NCBI GenBank assembly: GCA_020062205.1
Contig: JAGUWT010000284.1
Coordinates: 1-43,668 of the forward strand
Direction: 5' to 3'
DNA: 43,668 bases
Source of the DNA: Thermodesulfovibrionales bacterium
GTDB lineage: Bacteria; Nitrospirota; Thermodesulfovibrionia; Thermodesulfovibrionales; SM23-35
The notes beneath the pieces are model-generated. The model had not been told where the DNA came from. It did not search any database and was given only the letters and a program-made list of their open reading frames with translations. This document shows positions 8,591 to 15,855 of the stretch, piece by piece. Made by a program: the position numbers and the translations under genes. Positions within the stretch are counted from its first letter, which is position 1. Each line of letters starts with the position of its first letter.

Positions 8591-9502
8591 ATGCCGACCT
8601 GTTTAATTGTAATCCCTGCTTATAACGAAGGGAATAATATACTTGCCTGTGTAAATTCCCTGAAGGGGCAGAATTTCCCGAAGGACGATTACGAAATAAT
8701 AGTCGTTGATAATAACTCCACTGATGATACCCCGGACATAGTGAAAAACCTCGGTGTCATTCACGTAGTTGAATATAAAAGGGGGACTGCCGCGGCAAAG
8801 AATGCCGGAATACGATTAGCAAAAGGAAATATCATCGCATTCGTTGATGGCGATTGTATAGCCACAGAAGGCTGGCTAAAAAATATTGTTTCAGGTTTTG
8901 AGAAGTCAGACATCGGATGTATTGCCGGGGGCATTACGGCAAAGGAAGATGATAGCTTATCTCCCCTGGAAAGATTTTTTATTAGAAAAGGGTATCTTTC
9001 CCAGGCTCAACACGTTGAAAACTCCTTTTTGCCATTTGCCGCAATGGCCAATGCGGCTTATAGGAAAGAAGTCTTTGATAAGATTGGTTTGTTTGATGAG
9101 GAATTACTTATCGGGGAAGATGCAGACCTTTCCTGGAGAATGCAACTTTTTACTGATTACAGAGTGGCTTATGTTCCTGAGGCGATAGTTTTTCACCCCT
9201 ACGAATCCAGACCAGAAGAACTGTTCAGGCAGAAAAGACGGCATGCTTTTGGTTCGGTGATGCTCTATAAAAAATATAAGAAATATCAACAGGCAGGGGT
9301 GAAGAGTTTACGAGAAACCTACTGGGAATACAGGTCTCTCATCCGGAGGGGATTGCTGCTTCTTTTCCATAAACTCCAGAAATATCTGTGGAAGAAAAAC
9401 ATGGGCTTACCACCGACCGATGAACATCAGTTAATCCTTGAGACAGCATGGAAGGTGGGACTTATACAGGGATCAATACGTCATAGAGTCTGGTATGTAT
9501 AG
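8591..9502 (+). CDS. family 2 glycosyltransferase
   Basis: Motifs MPTCLIVIPAYNEGNN, IIVVDNNSTDDT, FVDGDC and GEDADLSWR. The ORF track begins at 8543, but ATG 8591 gives the usual short N-terminus. Confidence 0.8.
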   Translation: MPTCLIVIPAYNEGNNILACVNSLKGQNFPKDDYEIIVVDNNSTDDTPDIVKNLGVIHVVEYKRGTAAAKNAGIRLAKGNIIAFVDGDCIATEGWLKNIVSGFEKSDIGCIAGGITAKEDDSLSPLERFFIRKGYLSQAQHVENSFLPFAAMANAAYRKEVFDKIGLFDEELLIGEDADLSWRMQLFTDYRVAYVPEAIVFHPYESRPEELFRQKRRHAFGSVMLYKKYKKYQQAGVKSLRETYWEYRSLIRRGLLLLFHKLQKYLWKKNMGLPPTDEHQLILETAWKVGLIQGSIRHRVWYV

Positions 9503-10279
9503 ATGAGAATTTTAATATTGATGTATCACATGATATCGAGGACGAACATAAAAATGGAAAAGAGGTATGCCCTTGTTCCCGAGAGATTCAGGCAGCAGTT
9601 AAGGTATCTTAAATGGAGAGGGTATGCACCGATTAGCCTTGACGATTTACACAACTATTTTATTAATAAGACTATTAGCCTTCCTGATAAACCAGTAATC
9701 ATAACCTTTGACGACGGATATATGGATAACTACGAAAATGCCTTACCGATCCTGAAAGAACAGAATGTCCCGGCTACCCTCTTCATAGTCAGTGGGCTTA
9801 TCAATAAAACGAACCGATGGATAATAAGCGAAGGATATCCAGAAAGACCGCTAATGGGATGGACCGAAATTCGAGAAATGCAGAAGAATGGTATGACGAT
9901 CGGTTCCCATACTGTAAATCATTGCCGTTTAACTACCTTAGATCTTAAAGATGCAAAACGGGAGATCGAGGATTCAAAGAAATTCCTCGAAGATAGCCTC
10001 GGTACTCAGATCAACCATTTTGCTTATCCCTATGGTGATATGAAGGATTCTATTATGAATATGACAAGAGATGCAGGATACAGGACAGCCTGTTCTACGA
10101 GGTCCGGGTTTAATTCAGAACAAGTAAGTCCCTATGAATTAAGGAGGCTTGAGATTTATGGTACAGATACCCTTTGGAAATTTGCATTAAAACTAACCTA
10201 TGGGACAAACGATGGCAACTTACTCCTTCCTGCAAGATACTACATGAAAAGAATGGCTGAGAGACTTAATCGTTATTAG
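9503..10279 (+). CDS. polysaccharide deacetylase (CE4 / NodB homology domain)
   Basis: Motifs ILMYHMI, ITFDDGYMDNYENALPILKE, ATLFIV, IGSHTVNHCRL and FAYPYGD. The stop lies inside the GTTATT repeat arm. Confidence 0.9.
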   Translation: MRILILMYHMISRTNIKMEKRYALVPERFRQQLRYLKWRGYAPISLDDLHNYFINKTISLPDKPVIITFDDGYMDNYENALPILKEQNVPATLFIVSGLINKTNRWIISEGYPERPLMGWTEIREMQKNGMTIGSHTVNHCRLTTLDLKDAKREIEDSKKFLEDSLGTQINHFAYPYGDMKDSIMNMTRDAGYRTACSTRSGFNSEQVSPYELRRLEIYGTDTLWKFALKLTYGTNDGNLLLPARYYMKRMAERLNRY

Positions 10280-10309
10280 GTTATTACGTTATTAAGTTAC
10301 TTTGTTATT
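10271..10309. repeat. left arm of four-helix-bundle cassette B: (GTTATTNN) x5, 8-nt tandem units
   Basis: Sequence is cgttatta ggttatta cgttatta agttactt tgttatt. The segment gttattacgttatt (10280-10293) is perfectly complementary to aataacgtaataac (10713-10726). Confidence 0.75.
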
Positions 10310-10702
10310 ATGGCTATCATCAGGACATTTGAAGATTTGGATGTATACAAGCTTGCAAGAGAATTTCGAAAGAACATATACAAAATGGTAAAGATTCTAC
10401 CGGAAGAGGAAAAATATAATCTATCTTCACAAATGCGCCGTGCGGCCTTATCTGTTACAAATAACATTGCCGAAGGATTTGGATGCTATCATTATCAAGA
10501 AAATATACAATTTTGCAGACAATCAAGAGGTTCAATCAATGAGTTGATAGATGATCTTAATACATGTATAGATGAGAATTACATTTCAAGAGATGTCTAT
10601 CATGATATAAAAGAAGAAGCTTATAGATTACTAAAAGTATTAAATTCTTATATAGCCAGCCTACAAAGACAAAAATTACGCAATAACGCAATAACTCAAT
10701 AA
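10310..10702 (+). CDS. four-helix-bundle protein (23S rRNA intervening-sequence protein family)
   Basis: 130 aa. Hallmark residues: FEDLDVYKLAREFRKNIYKMVKILPEEEKYNLSSQMRRAALSVTNNIAEGFG..SRGSINELIDDL. The C-terminal LRNNAITQ-stop is encoded by the repeat arm. Confidence 0.9.
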   Translation: MAIIRTFEDLDVYKLAREFRKNIYKMVKILPEEEKYNLSSQMRRAALSVTNNIAEGFGCYHYQENIQFCRQSRGSINELIDDLNTCIDENYISRDVYHDIKEEAYRLLKVLNSYIASLQRQKLRNNAITQ

Positions 10703-10750
10703 TGTGATAACCAATAACGTAATAACTTAGTAACCCAATAACGCAATAAT
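10674..10750. repeat. right arm of cassette B: (AATAACNN) x~9, 8-nt tandem units
   Basis: Sequence is ttacgc aataacgc aataactc aataatgtg ataacc aataacgt aataactt agtaaccc aataacgc aataatt. It is in inverted orientation relative to 10271-10309. Confidence 0.75.
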
Positions 10751-10757
10751 TAATTCA

Positions 10758-11654
10758 TTGGACATAAGCGTAATAATCTGCACATACAATCGAAGCAATC
10801 ATCTCAGGAATGTCTTAAGAAGTCTTTCTGAACAGGTTGTCCCCAATAATCTGGAATGGGAAATTGTTGTAGTTGATAATAATTCAACCGATGATACCAT
10901 TGAAGTTGTGAAAGACTTTGGTAATGATTCAAGCCTTCCAATAAAGTATATAAAAGAAGAAAAGCAGGGTCTTTCTCATGCTCGTAATAGAGGTATTTTA
11001 GAGTCAAAAGGTAAGTATGTAGCCTTCACCGATGATGATGCTATCACAGATCGGAACTGGGTAACATCATTGTATGAGGCATTTCAGAAATACGGATGTG
11101 ATTGTGTTGGGGGGCGTATATATCTGAGGTTTGCAAGCGAGATGCCTCGATGGTTAAAAAGAGAGTTATGGGGATTTTTCGGCTTTTTGGATCATGGTCA
11201 CAGGGCATTTGAGGTGATTGACGAGCATATTTTTGGCGGGAATATGGCATTTTCAAAAGAGATCCTAAATAAGTCTGGTTTTTTCAACCCGAACCGCGGT
11301 CGAACCGCAACTGTATTAATAGGTGGAGAGGAGTTGGAGTTACTAAAAAGAGTAAAAAGTGCAGGAGGCAAGATAATATATCAACCAGCAGCCTTAGTTT
11401 ATCACGTTATAGGTTCTGAAAAACTTAAGAAGCAGTATTTCAGAAAACTGCATTATTACGAAGGAGTAATATCTGGAAAATCTTTTAGTGAGCCAATTAG
11501 GCGGCATATTACTGGGATACCGCTATTTATTTTTTCACAGTTCATAAGAAGTGTGATGAACTATTTTCGAAACCCTGCCCTAAGAATGCAGATGAATATT
11601 TGGTGGTTTTTAGGGTTTATGAGGGGAAGAATGGCCCAATTCAGAAAGAGCTGA
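10758..11654 (+). CDS. family 2 glycosyltransferase
   Basis: TTG start. Motifs ISVIICTYNRSNHL, VVVDNNSTDDT and FTDDDA. Confidence 0.85.
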   Translation: MDISVIICTYNRSNHLRNVLRSLSEQVVPNNLEWEIVVVDNNSTDDTIEVVKDFGNDSSLPIKYIKEEKQGLSHARNRGILESKGKYVAFTDDDAITDRNWVTSLYEAFQKYGCDCVGGRIYLRFASEMPRWLKRELWGFFGFLDHGHRAFEVIDEHIFGGNMAFSKEILNKSGFFNPNRGRTATVLIGGEELELLKRVKSAGGKIIYQPAALVYHVIGSEKLKKQYFRKLHYYEGVISGKSFSEPIRRHITGIPLFIFSQFIRSVMNYFRNPALRMQMNIWWFLGFMRGRMAQFRKS

Positions 11655-11665
11655 AGCACTGTGAC

Positions 11666-12403
11666 ATGAAGAACAGGCGGGAAAAGATAAAGGTTGCCAT
11701 TCTGACGAGCCCTTCCTTCCGGAGCCCAAGGGTGTTGGCTGAGGGTTTGCAACGGATGCTTTCGAGGGTAGGTATCGAAAGCCATATTTTTTACGAAGGT
11801 ATTCCGCTCATTTATGCGCCAACTAATTGGAGGGGAAGAAATTTTGTTAAAAACGCTTTAACCACCATTAGATACAGGTATGAAATACATTCGCTTAAGT
11901 CCTATAATCTGACAAAAAAAGAGGAATTTATAGCCTTGATAGATTTTGAGCGGAAAAGCTATGAAGAGTATAGGAGGGTCCAGTTAGAAGCCCTGTCAGA
12001 ACTCGGTATTAAGACCGTGGTCTTAGATTCCGATTACACCTTCTCCGAAATAGCCGAAGTCTACAGAAAATGCAGCATCTATTTTTTGGCTTTTTATGAA
12101 GCTTTTGGCGTTCCAATAGCTGAACTGCAGGCCTGTGGTGCTTGTATATTTTCCCCATCCCCGGCATGGCCAATGGCCCATAGGTTAGACGCACGTTGCC
12201 CAGATGCGTCAGCGTGGAAGTTGTCTGAAAACTTTATTATATATGACTCGAAAGCCGATTTAATAAATAAGATGAAAGAAATACGAGAAAACTACAATCC
12301 CTATCAAGTGTTCGACAATTTTGTCAAGAACTATCCGCATTTTTACGAAGGGGATACGGCCGCTCTAAGTGAAATAATTCATAAACTCTCTTCAAAATTC
12401 TGA
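11666..12403 (+). CDS. hypothetical protein with a GT-B-like C-terminal motif
   Basis: The likely start is ATG 11666 (MKNRREKIKVAILTS). The listed start at 11600 overlaps the previous gene. YEAFGVPIAELQACGACIF resembles the E-x7-E region of GT4 enzymes, but the protein is short and divergent. Confidence 0.4.
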   Translation: MKNRREKIKVAILTSPSFRSPRVLAEGLQRMLSRVGIESHIFYEGIPLIYAPTNWRGRNFVKNALTTIRYRYEIHSLKSYNLTKKEEFIALIDFERKSYEEYRRVQLEALSELGIKTVVLDSDYTFSEIAEVYRKCSIYFLAFYEAFGVPIAELQACGACIFSPSPAWPMAHRLDARCPDASAWKLSENFIIYDSKADLINKMKEIRENYNPYQVFDNFVKNYPHFYEGDTAALSEIIHKLSSKF

Positions 12404-12416
12404 ATTTGCCGGGTGT

Positions 12417-13409
12417 ATGATGAACGAGCGGGTAAGCGTAATAACCACGGTACTAAATGAGGCTAAGTCAATAGAAAGCCTACTTCAAGTCTTATTAGCT
12501 CAGTCCCATAAGCCCGAAGAAATTATCATTGTTGATGGTGGCTCATCAGACGGCACGGTTGAAATAGTTAAGAAATATTCAAATATTAACGACGACATTA
12601 ATCTGATTGTGAAAGAAGGGGTAAATATTGCAGAGGGGAGGAACATTGCTATTCAGAATGCTAAATATCCTCTGGTCGCAGTTATTGATGCAGGCTGCAG
12701 GCCAGATAAAAGGTGGCTGGAGGAATTGATTAAACCTTTCGAGAGAAATAATCCCCTGGATGCGGTAGCAGGATTGGTTAAAGTCGAATCGCACAATCTA
12801 TTTGAATTTTTTAGTGGTTTGTTGACTTTACCAGGTTGCCTGGAAGAAATTTCTGAAAATAACTTTCCCATGTATGGGCGTTCCGCTGCTTTTAAAAAAG
12901 ATGTCTGGGAGAAGGCAGGAGGTTATCCTGAATGGCTTTATACAGCGGAAGATTCTCTTTTTGAAGAAAAGCTAAGAAAGATGGGTGCAAATATCAAGTT
13001 GGCAAAACAGTCCATCGTACATTGGCGGCCCCGAAAGACCCTCTGGAAGATGGCGAAGATGTTCTATCTTTACGGTAGGGGGGCAGGTAGGATAGGTAAG
13101 AGCCTCAGTGGTGCTTATTATCATCTCAGAAATTATCTATTAGGGGTTGTGCTATTGATGATATCTTTTTTCTATCCTTTAACATTGATACTTTTCGCTG
13201 CTGGTTTGGCTTATATTTACAAGGGATTTTACAGGCCAATTATCAGACGGGTCAAAAGGGCACATCCAGGATGGAAGACAGAATTTTATGTCCCTCTGAT
13301 CGTATTCATACGGACGCTCAGCTATTCCATTGGTCTTCTTGTGGGGAATTATGAGTATAAACACGTATCTGGATTTAAAGAGAACCTTGATGCTTATATG
13401 AGGGAATGA
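12417..13409 (+). CDS. family 2 glycosyltransferase with a C-terminal membrane region
   Basis: Motifs VSVITTVLNEAKSIESLL, IIIVDGGSSDGT, VIDAGC and TAEDSLF. Hydrophobic C-terminal helices (LLGVVLLMISFFYPLTLILFAAGLAYIY). Confidence 0.85.
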   Translation: MMNERVSVITTVLNEAKSIESLLQVLLAQSHKPEEIIIVDGGSSDGTVEIVKKYSNINDDINLIVKEGVNIAEGRNIAIQNAKYPLVAVIDAGCRPDKRWLEELIKPFERNNPLDAVAGLVKVESHNLFEFFSGLLTLPGCLEEISENNFPMYGRSAAFKKDVWEKAGGYPEWLYTAEDSLFEEKLRKMGANIKLAKQSIVHWRPRKTLWKMAKMFYLYGRGAGRIGKSLSGAYYHLRNYLLGVVLLMISFFYPLTLILFAAGLAYIYKGFYRPIIRRVKRAHPGWKTEFYVPLIVFIRTLSYSIGLLVGNYEYKHVSGFKENLDAYMRE

Positions 13410-13452
13410 AGAACATAAGAAAGTTGGTTTGCATTTACAAAAAAACGCTTAT

Positions 13453-13481
13453 TTGACATTGTATTATCTGTTCAATAGAAT
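13453..13481 (+). promoter_or_regulatory. sigma70-type promoter candidate for the Uma2 gene
   Basis: TTGACA (13453-13458), an exact 17-nt spacer, then TAGAAT (13476-13481). It is followed by RBS aggagg and ATG 13510. Confidence 0.5.
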
Positions 13482-13509
13482 ATAAACAAGAACCAATAGG
13501 AGGTTCCTT

Positions 13510-14061
13510 ATGGCACCGACTGTTACAGAAAAGAAAAAATATACCTACGAAGATTACCTTAAAACCCCTGAGGACGAGATATATGAACTCATAGAAGGAG
13601 AATTGCTTATGACACCATCGCCTATACCAAAGCATCAAAGGATTTCAAGGGAGCTTGAATTCGAAATATTAAAATTTGTTAAGGCGAATGACCTTGGAGA
13701 AGTCTTTTATGCACCGTGTGATGTATATCTTGATGATGAGAATGTTATACAGCCTGATATACTGTTTATCTCAAAAGAGAGGTTGAATATTATAGGTGAA
13801 AAGAACATACAGGGCGCACCAGACCTTGTGGTAGAGATAATCTCAGAGAACACTGCCTACAGGGACCTTGTGCAAAAAAAGAAATTATACGCAAGATTTG
13901 GTGTAAAGGAATACTGGATAGTAATTCCAAAGGAAGAATTAATAGAGGTTTATATTTTAAAGGATAACACCTACATGCTTTATAAGACCTATAGTAAGGA
14001 TGACACCCTTGAATCACCCTATCTGAAGGACTTGAAGATAGGATTAAAAAGTATATTCTAA
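13510..14061 (+). CDS. Uma2 family endonuclease (DUF820, restriction-endonuclease-like fold)
   Basis: Motifs YTYEDYLKTPEDEIYELIEGELLMTPSP, KHQRIS, IQPDILFISKERL, GAPDLVVEIIS and FGVKEYWIV. Confidence 0.9.
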   Translation: MAPTVTEKKKYTYEDYLKTPEDEIYELIEGELLMTPSPIPKHQRISRELEFEILKFVKANDLGEVFYAPCDVYLDDENVIQPDILFISKERLNIIGEKNIQGAPDLVVEIISENTAYRDLVQKKKLYARFGVKEYWIVIPKEELIEVYILKDNTYMLYKTYSKDDTLESPYLKDLKIGLKSIF

Positions 14062-14127
14062 ACCATCCTGAACTTAATAACTTAGTAACTTGATACTAAG
14101 AAGTTCATAAGTAATACCACATAATTG

Positions 14128-14212
14128 GTCATTCGCGCTTGTCGGGAATCTTTCTTCAAGAAGGATGCCGGACTTCGACGTGAGCTCAGTCGAACGACAA
14201 GCCGGCATGACA
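14128..14212. repeat. palindromic intergenic element (TGTCATT...AATGACA family), copy 2
   Basis: It starts gtcattcgcgcttgtcgggaatctttctt and shares gcttgtcgggaatc(c/t)ttctt with copy 1. It ends caagccggcatgaca. Internal hairpin: ttcgac-gtgagctca-gtcgaa. Confidence 0.65.
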
Positions 14213-14332
14213 GAAGAAAAAGAGTCATGTGACCTTACTCATGGTCTCATTAGTAACTCGATAACTCAATTACTTAGTTTAGGGATGAGAATGAGAAGAG
14301 GTTATGGGTTTCAAGTTATGAGTATAGGTTAT

Positions 14333-14359
14333 TTGAATAGATGGAATTTGTGATATAAT
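14333..14359 (+). promoter_or_regulatory. possible extended -10 promoter for the UPF0175 gene
   Basis: TGaTATAAT at 14351-14359, with TTGAAT at 14333-14338. The spacer is only 15 nt. Confidence 0.3.
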
Positions 14360-14404
14360 AGTCAAATTAGAATTTTTGAAATTTTGAAACTTAGGAGCAA
14401 GATT

Positions 14405-14701
14405 ATGAATATACTAGAAAAGGAAGCTAAGGCACTTATAAAAAGGGGTATATATAAAGATGAAAAATCACTTTTTGAAGATGCCCTTAGAGCATTACTT
14501 GTATCTAAGCCTGGCCTGAGAGTGGAAGCTGCCATAGAGCTTTATAAAGCAAAAGAAATATCTCTTAAGAAGGCAGCAGAAATTGCATCTCTTGATATAG
14601 AGTCCTTCAAAGACGAGTTGTCAAGGAGGGGATTAAAAATAGAATTAGAACCCCCTTCCAAGGACATTCTGGATAAAGGGGTGTCTTTGCTCCTCAAATG
14701 A
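14405..14701 (+). CDS. UPF0175-family antitoxin-like protein
   Basis: RBS aggag, then ATG 14405. The C-terminal AIELYKAKEISLKKAAEIASLDIESFKDELSRRGL matches the UPF0175 helix-turn-helix signature. No partner toxin ORF follows. Confidence 0.7.
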   Translation: MNILEKEAKALIKRGIYKDEKSLFEDALRALLVSKPGLRVEAAIELYKAKEISLKKAAEIASLDIESFKDELSRRGLKIELEPPSKDILDKGVSLLLK

Positions 14702-14786
14702 TTAATGACAATCATCTTTGCCATTATTGTTACCTCTTTGAAATAGTATATTAAACCTGCAAACTCTCAATAATTAATCAATCAAA

Positions 14787-15854
14787 ATGTCTAATCCTCT
14801 CGTCAGTGTCGTAATCCCTACTTATAATACCGAAAAGTACATAACCGAAGCCCTGAAAAGCGTGTTCCAACAAAAGTACAGGCCGATTGAGGTTATCGTT
14901 GTTGACGATGGTTCTACTGATAATACGGCAGAGATTATAAGAAAATATGTTCAAACTGTTCAAAGCGTTCGAGATGTAGACTCGTGTCAAACAAGTGAAA
15001 CCATCGAACAACTCGAACAAGCTAAGCGATCCAACGAGCGGAGCGATCGAACAATACGAACATCTCCCACAAGCAAAGCGATCGAACTTATCTATATTTA
15101 TCAGAAAAACGGTGGCCGGGCCAGCGCAAGAAACACGGGTATCAGAGCTGCCAGAGGTAAATATGTTGCCTTCCTCGACAGTGATGATCTCTGGACATTG
15201 TGGAAACTGGAAAAGCAGGTTCATACAATGGAGGAGAATACCAAAATCGATTTCCTCTTTGGTGATAAACAACGGTTTTCAGATGGAGGGAAAATAGTCA
15301 TACATTCCATGTTCCAAAAAAATGGTTATGATGAAAAATTTTTTGGAGATCCCCTCTATGTTCGAAATGCCTATCAGAAGCTCTTGAAAGCCAATTTCAT
15401 CCCTACCGGAACCGTGATTTTGAGAAGAGACTGTTTTGAGAGGACAGGTTTGTTTGATGAAAGCATCTATGCAGAGGATTATGAATTCTGGCTCAGGATC
15501 GCCCTTTTTAACACAATAGGGTATGCCAATGAATTATGGGAATTAGAAAGGGATCGTGAGGGGAGTGGTTCAAAAAACCTTAAGGCAGTCTATTTATCAA
15601 ATATTCAAACCCTTGAGAAGCACGAGAGAGCATATCGAGAGAGATTATCGAAACTGCATATTAATCTCAATAACATAATCCGTGATGCCTATAGAGACAC
15701 AGGATATTTTTTCCTCACCCATGACAAATTGCTGGCCAGGGATTGTTTTAAAAAAAGCCTTTTGAGGGGCTTTCAAATAAAAACTTTGTTCTATTGGATC
15801 GCCACCTTTTTAGGGGTATCCTTTGTTAAAGCAATTCAACAGGCAAGACAATAG
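14787..15854 (+). CDS. family 2 glycosyltransferase carrying an in-frame ~45-aa repeat-derived insertion
   Basis: Motifs VSVVIPTYNTEKYITEAL, VIVVDDGSTDNT, NGGRASARNTGI, FLDSDD and AEDYEFWLR. The low-complexity segment VQTVQSVRDVDSCQTSETIEQLEQAKRSNERSDRTIRTSPTSKA lies between the DxS and ARN motifs. Confidence 0.85.
   Translation: MSNPLVSVVIPTYNTEKYITEALKSVFQQKYRPIEVIVVDDGSTDNTAEIIRKYVQTVQSVRDVDSCQTSETIEQLEQAKRSNERSDRTIRTSPTSKAIELIYIYQKNGGRASARNTGIRAARGKYVAFLDSDDLWTLWKLEKQVHTMEENTKIDFLFGDKQRFSDGGKIVIHSMFQKNGYDEKFFGDPLYVRNAYQKLLKANFIPTGTVILRRDCFERTGLFDESIYAEDYEFWLRIALFNTIGYANELWELERDREGSGSKNLKAVYLSNIQTLEKHERAYRERLSKLHINLNNIIRDAYRDTGYFFLTHDKLLARDCFKKSLLRGFQIKTLFYWIATFLGVSFVKAIQQARQ
14949..15088. 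repeat. GTTCRA/TCGAAC 9-nt-periodic palindromic element, copy in the GT2 coding sequence
   Basis: Left units are gttcaaact gttcaaagc gttcgagat. Right units include atcgaacaa ctcgaacaa, then cgaacaata cgaacatct and gcgatcgaac. It is homologous to 30891-30978. Confidence 0.75.
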
Positions 15855-15855
15855 C

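Noticed and set aside
10674-10750. Whether the short regular repeats (AATAACNN and the other arrays) form a CRISPR array.
   Set aside because: The units are 7-10 nt long and directly tandem, with no spacers. They are far too short for CRISPR repeats, and no cas genes are present.
14165-14353. A 62-aa ORF in the Uma2/UPF0175 spacer.
   Set aside because: It is composed of palindromic-element and AATAAC-array sequence. It has no RBS and no recognisable fold motif.
14778-15272. A 164-aa minus-strand ORF and the overlapping 100-aa plus-strand ORF (14995..15297).
   Set aside because: Both lie entirely within the well-supported GT2 gene. They owe their length to the stop-poor GTTCRA/TCGAAC repeat, and neither has a motif or an RBS.
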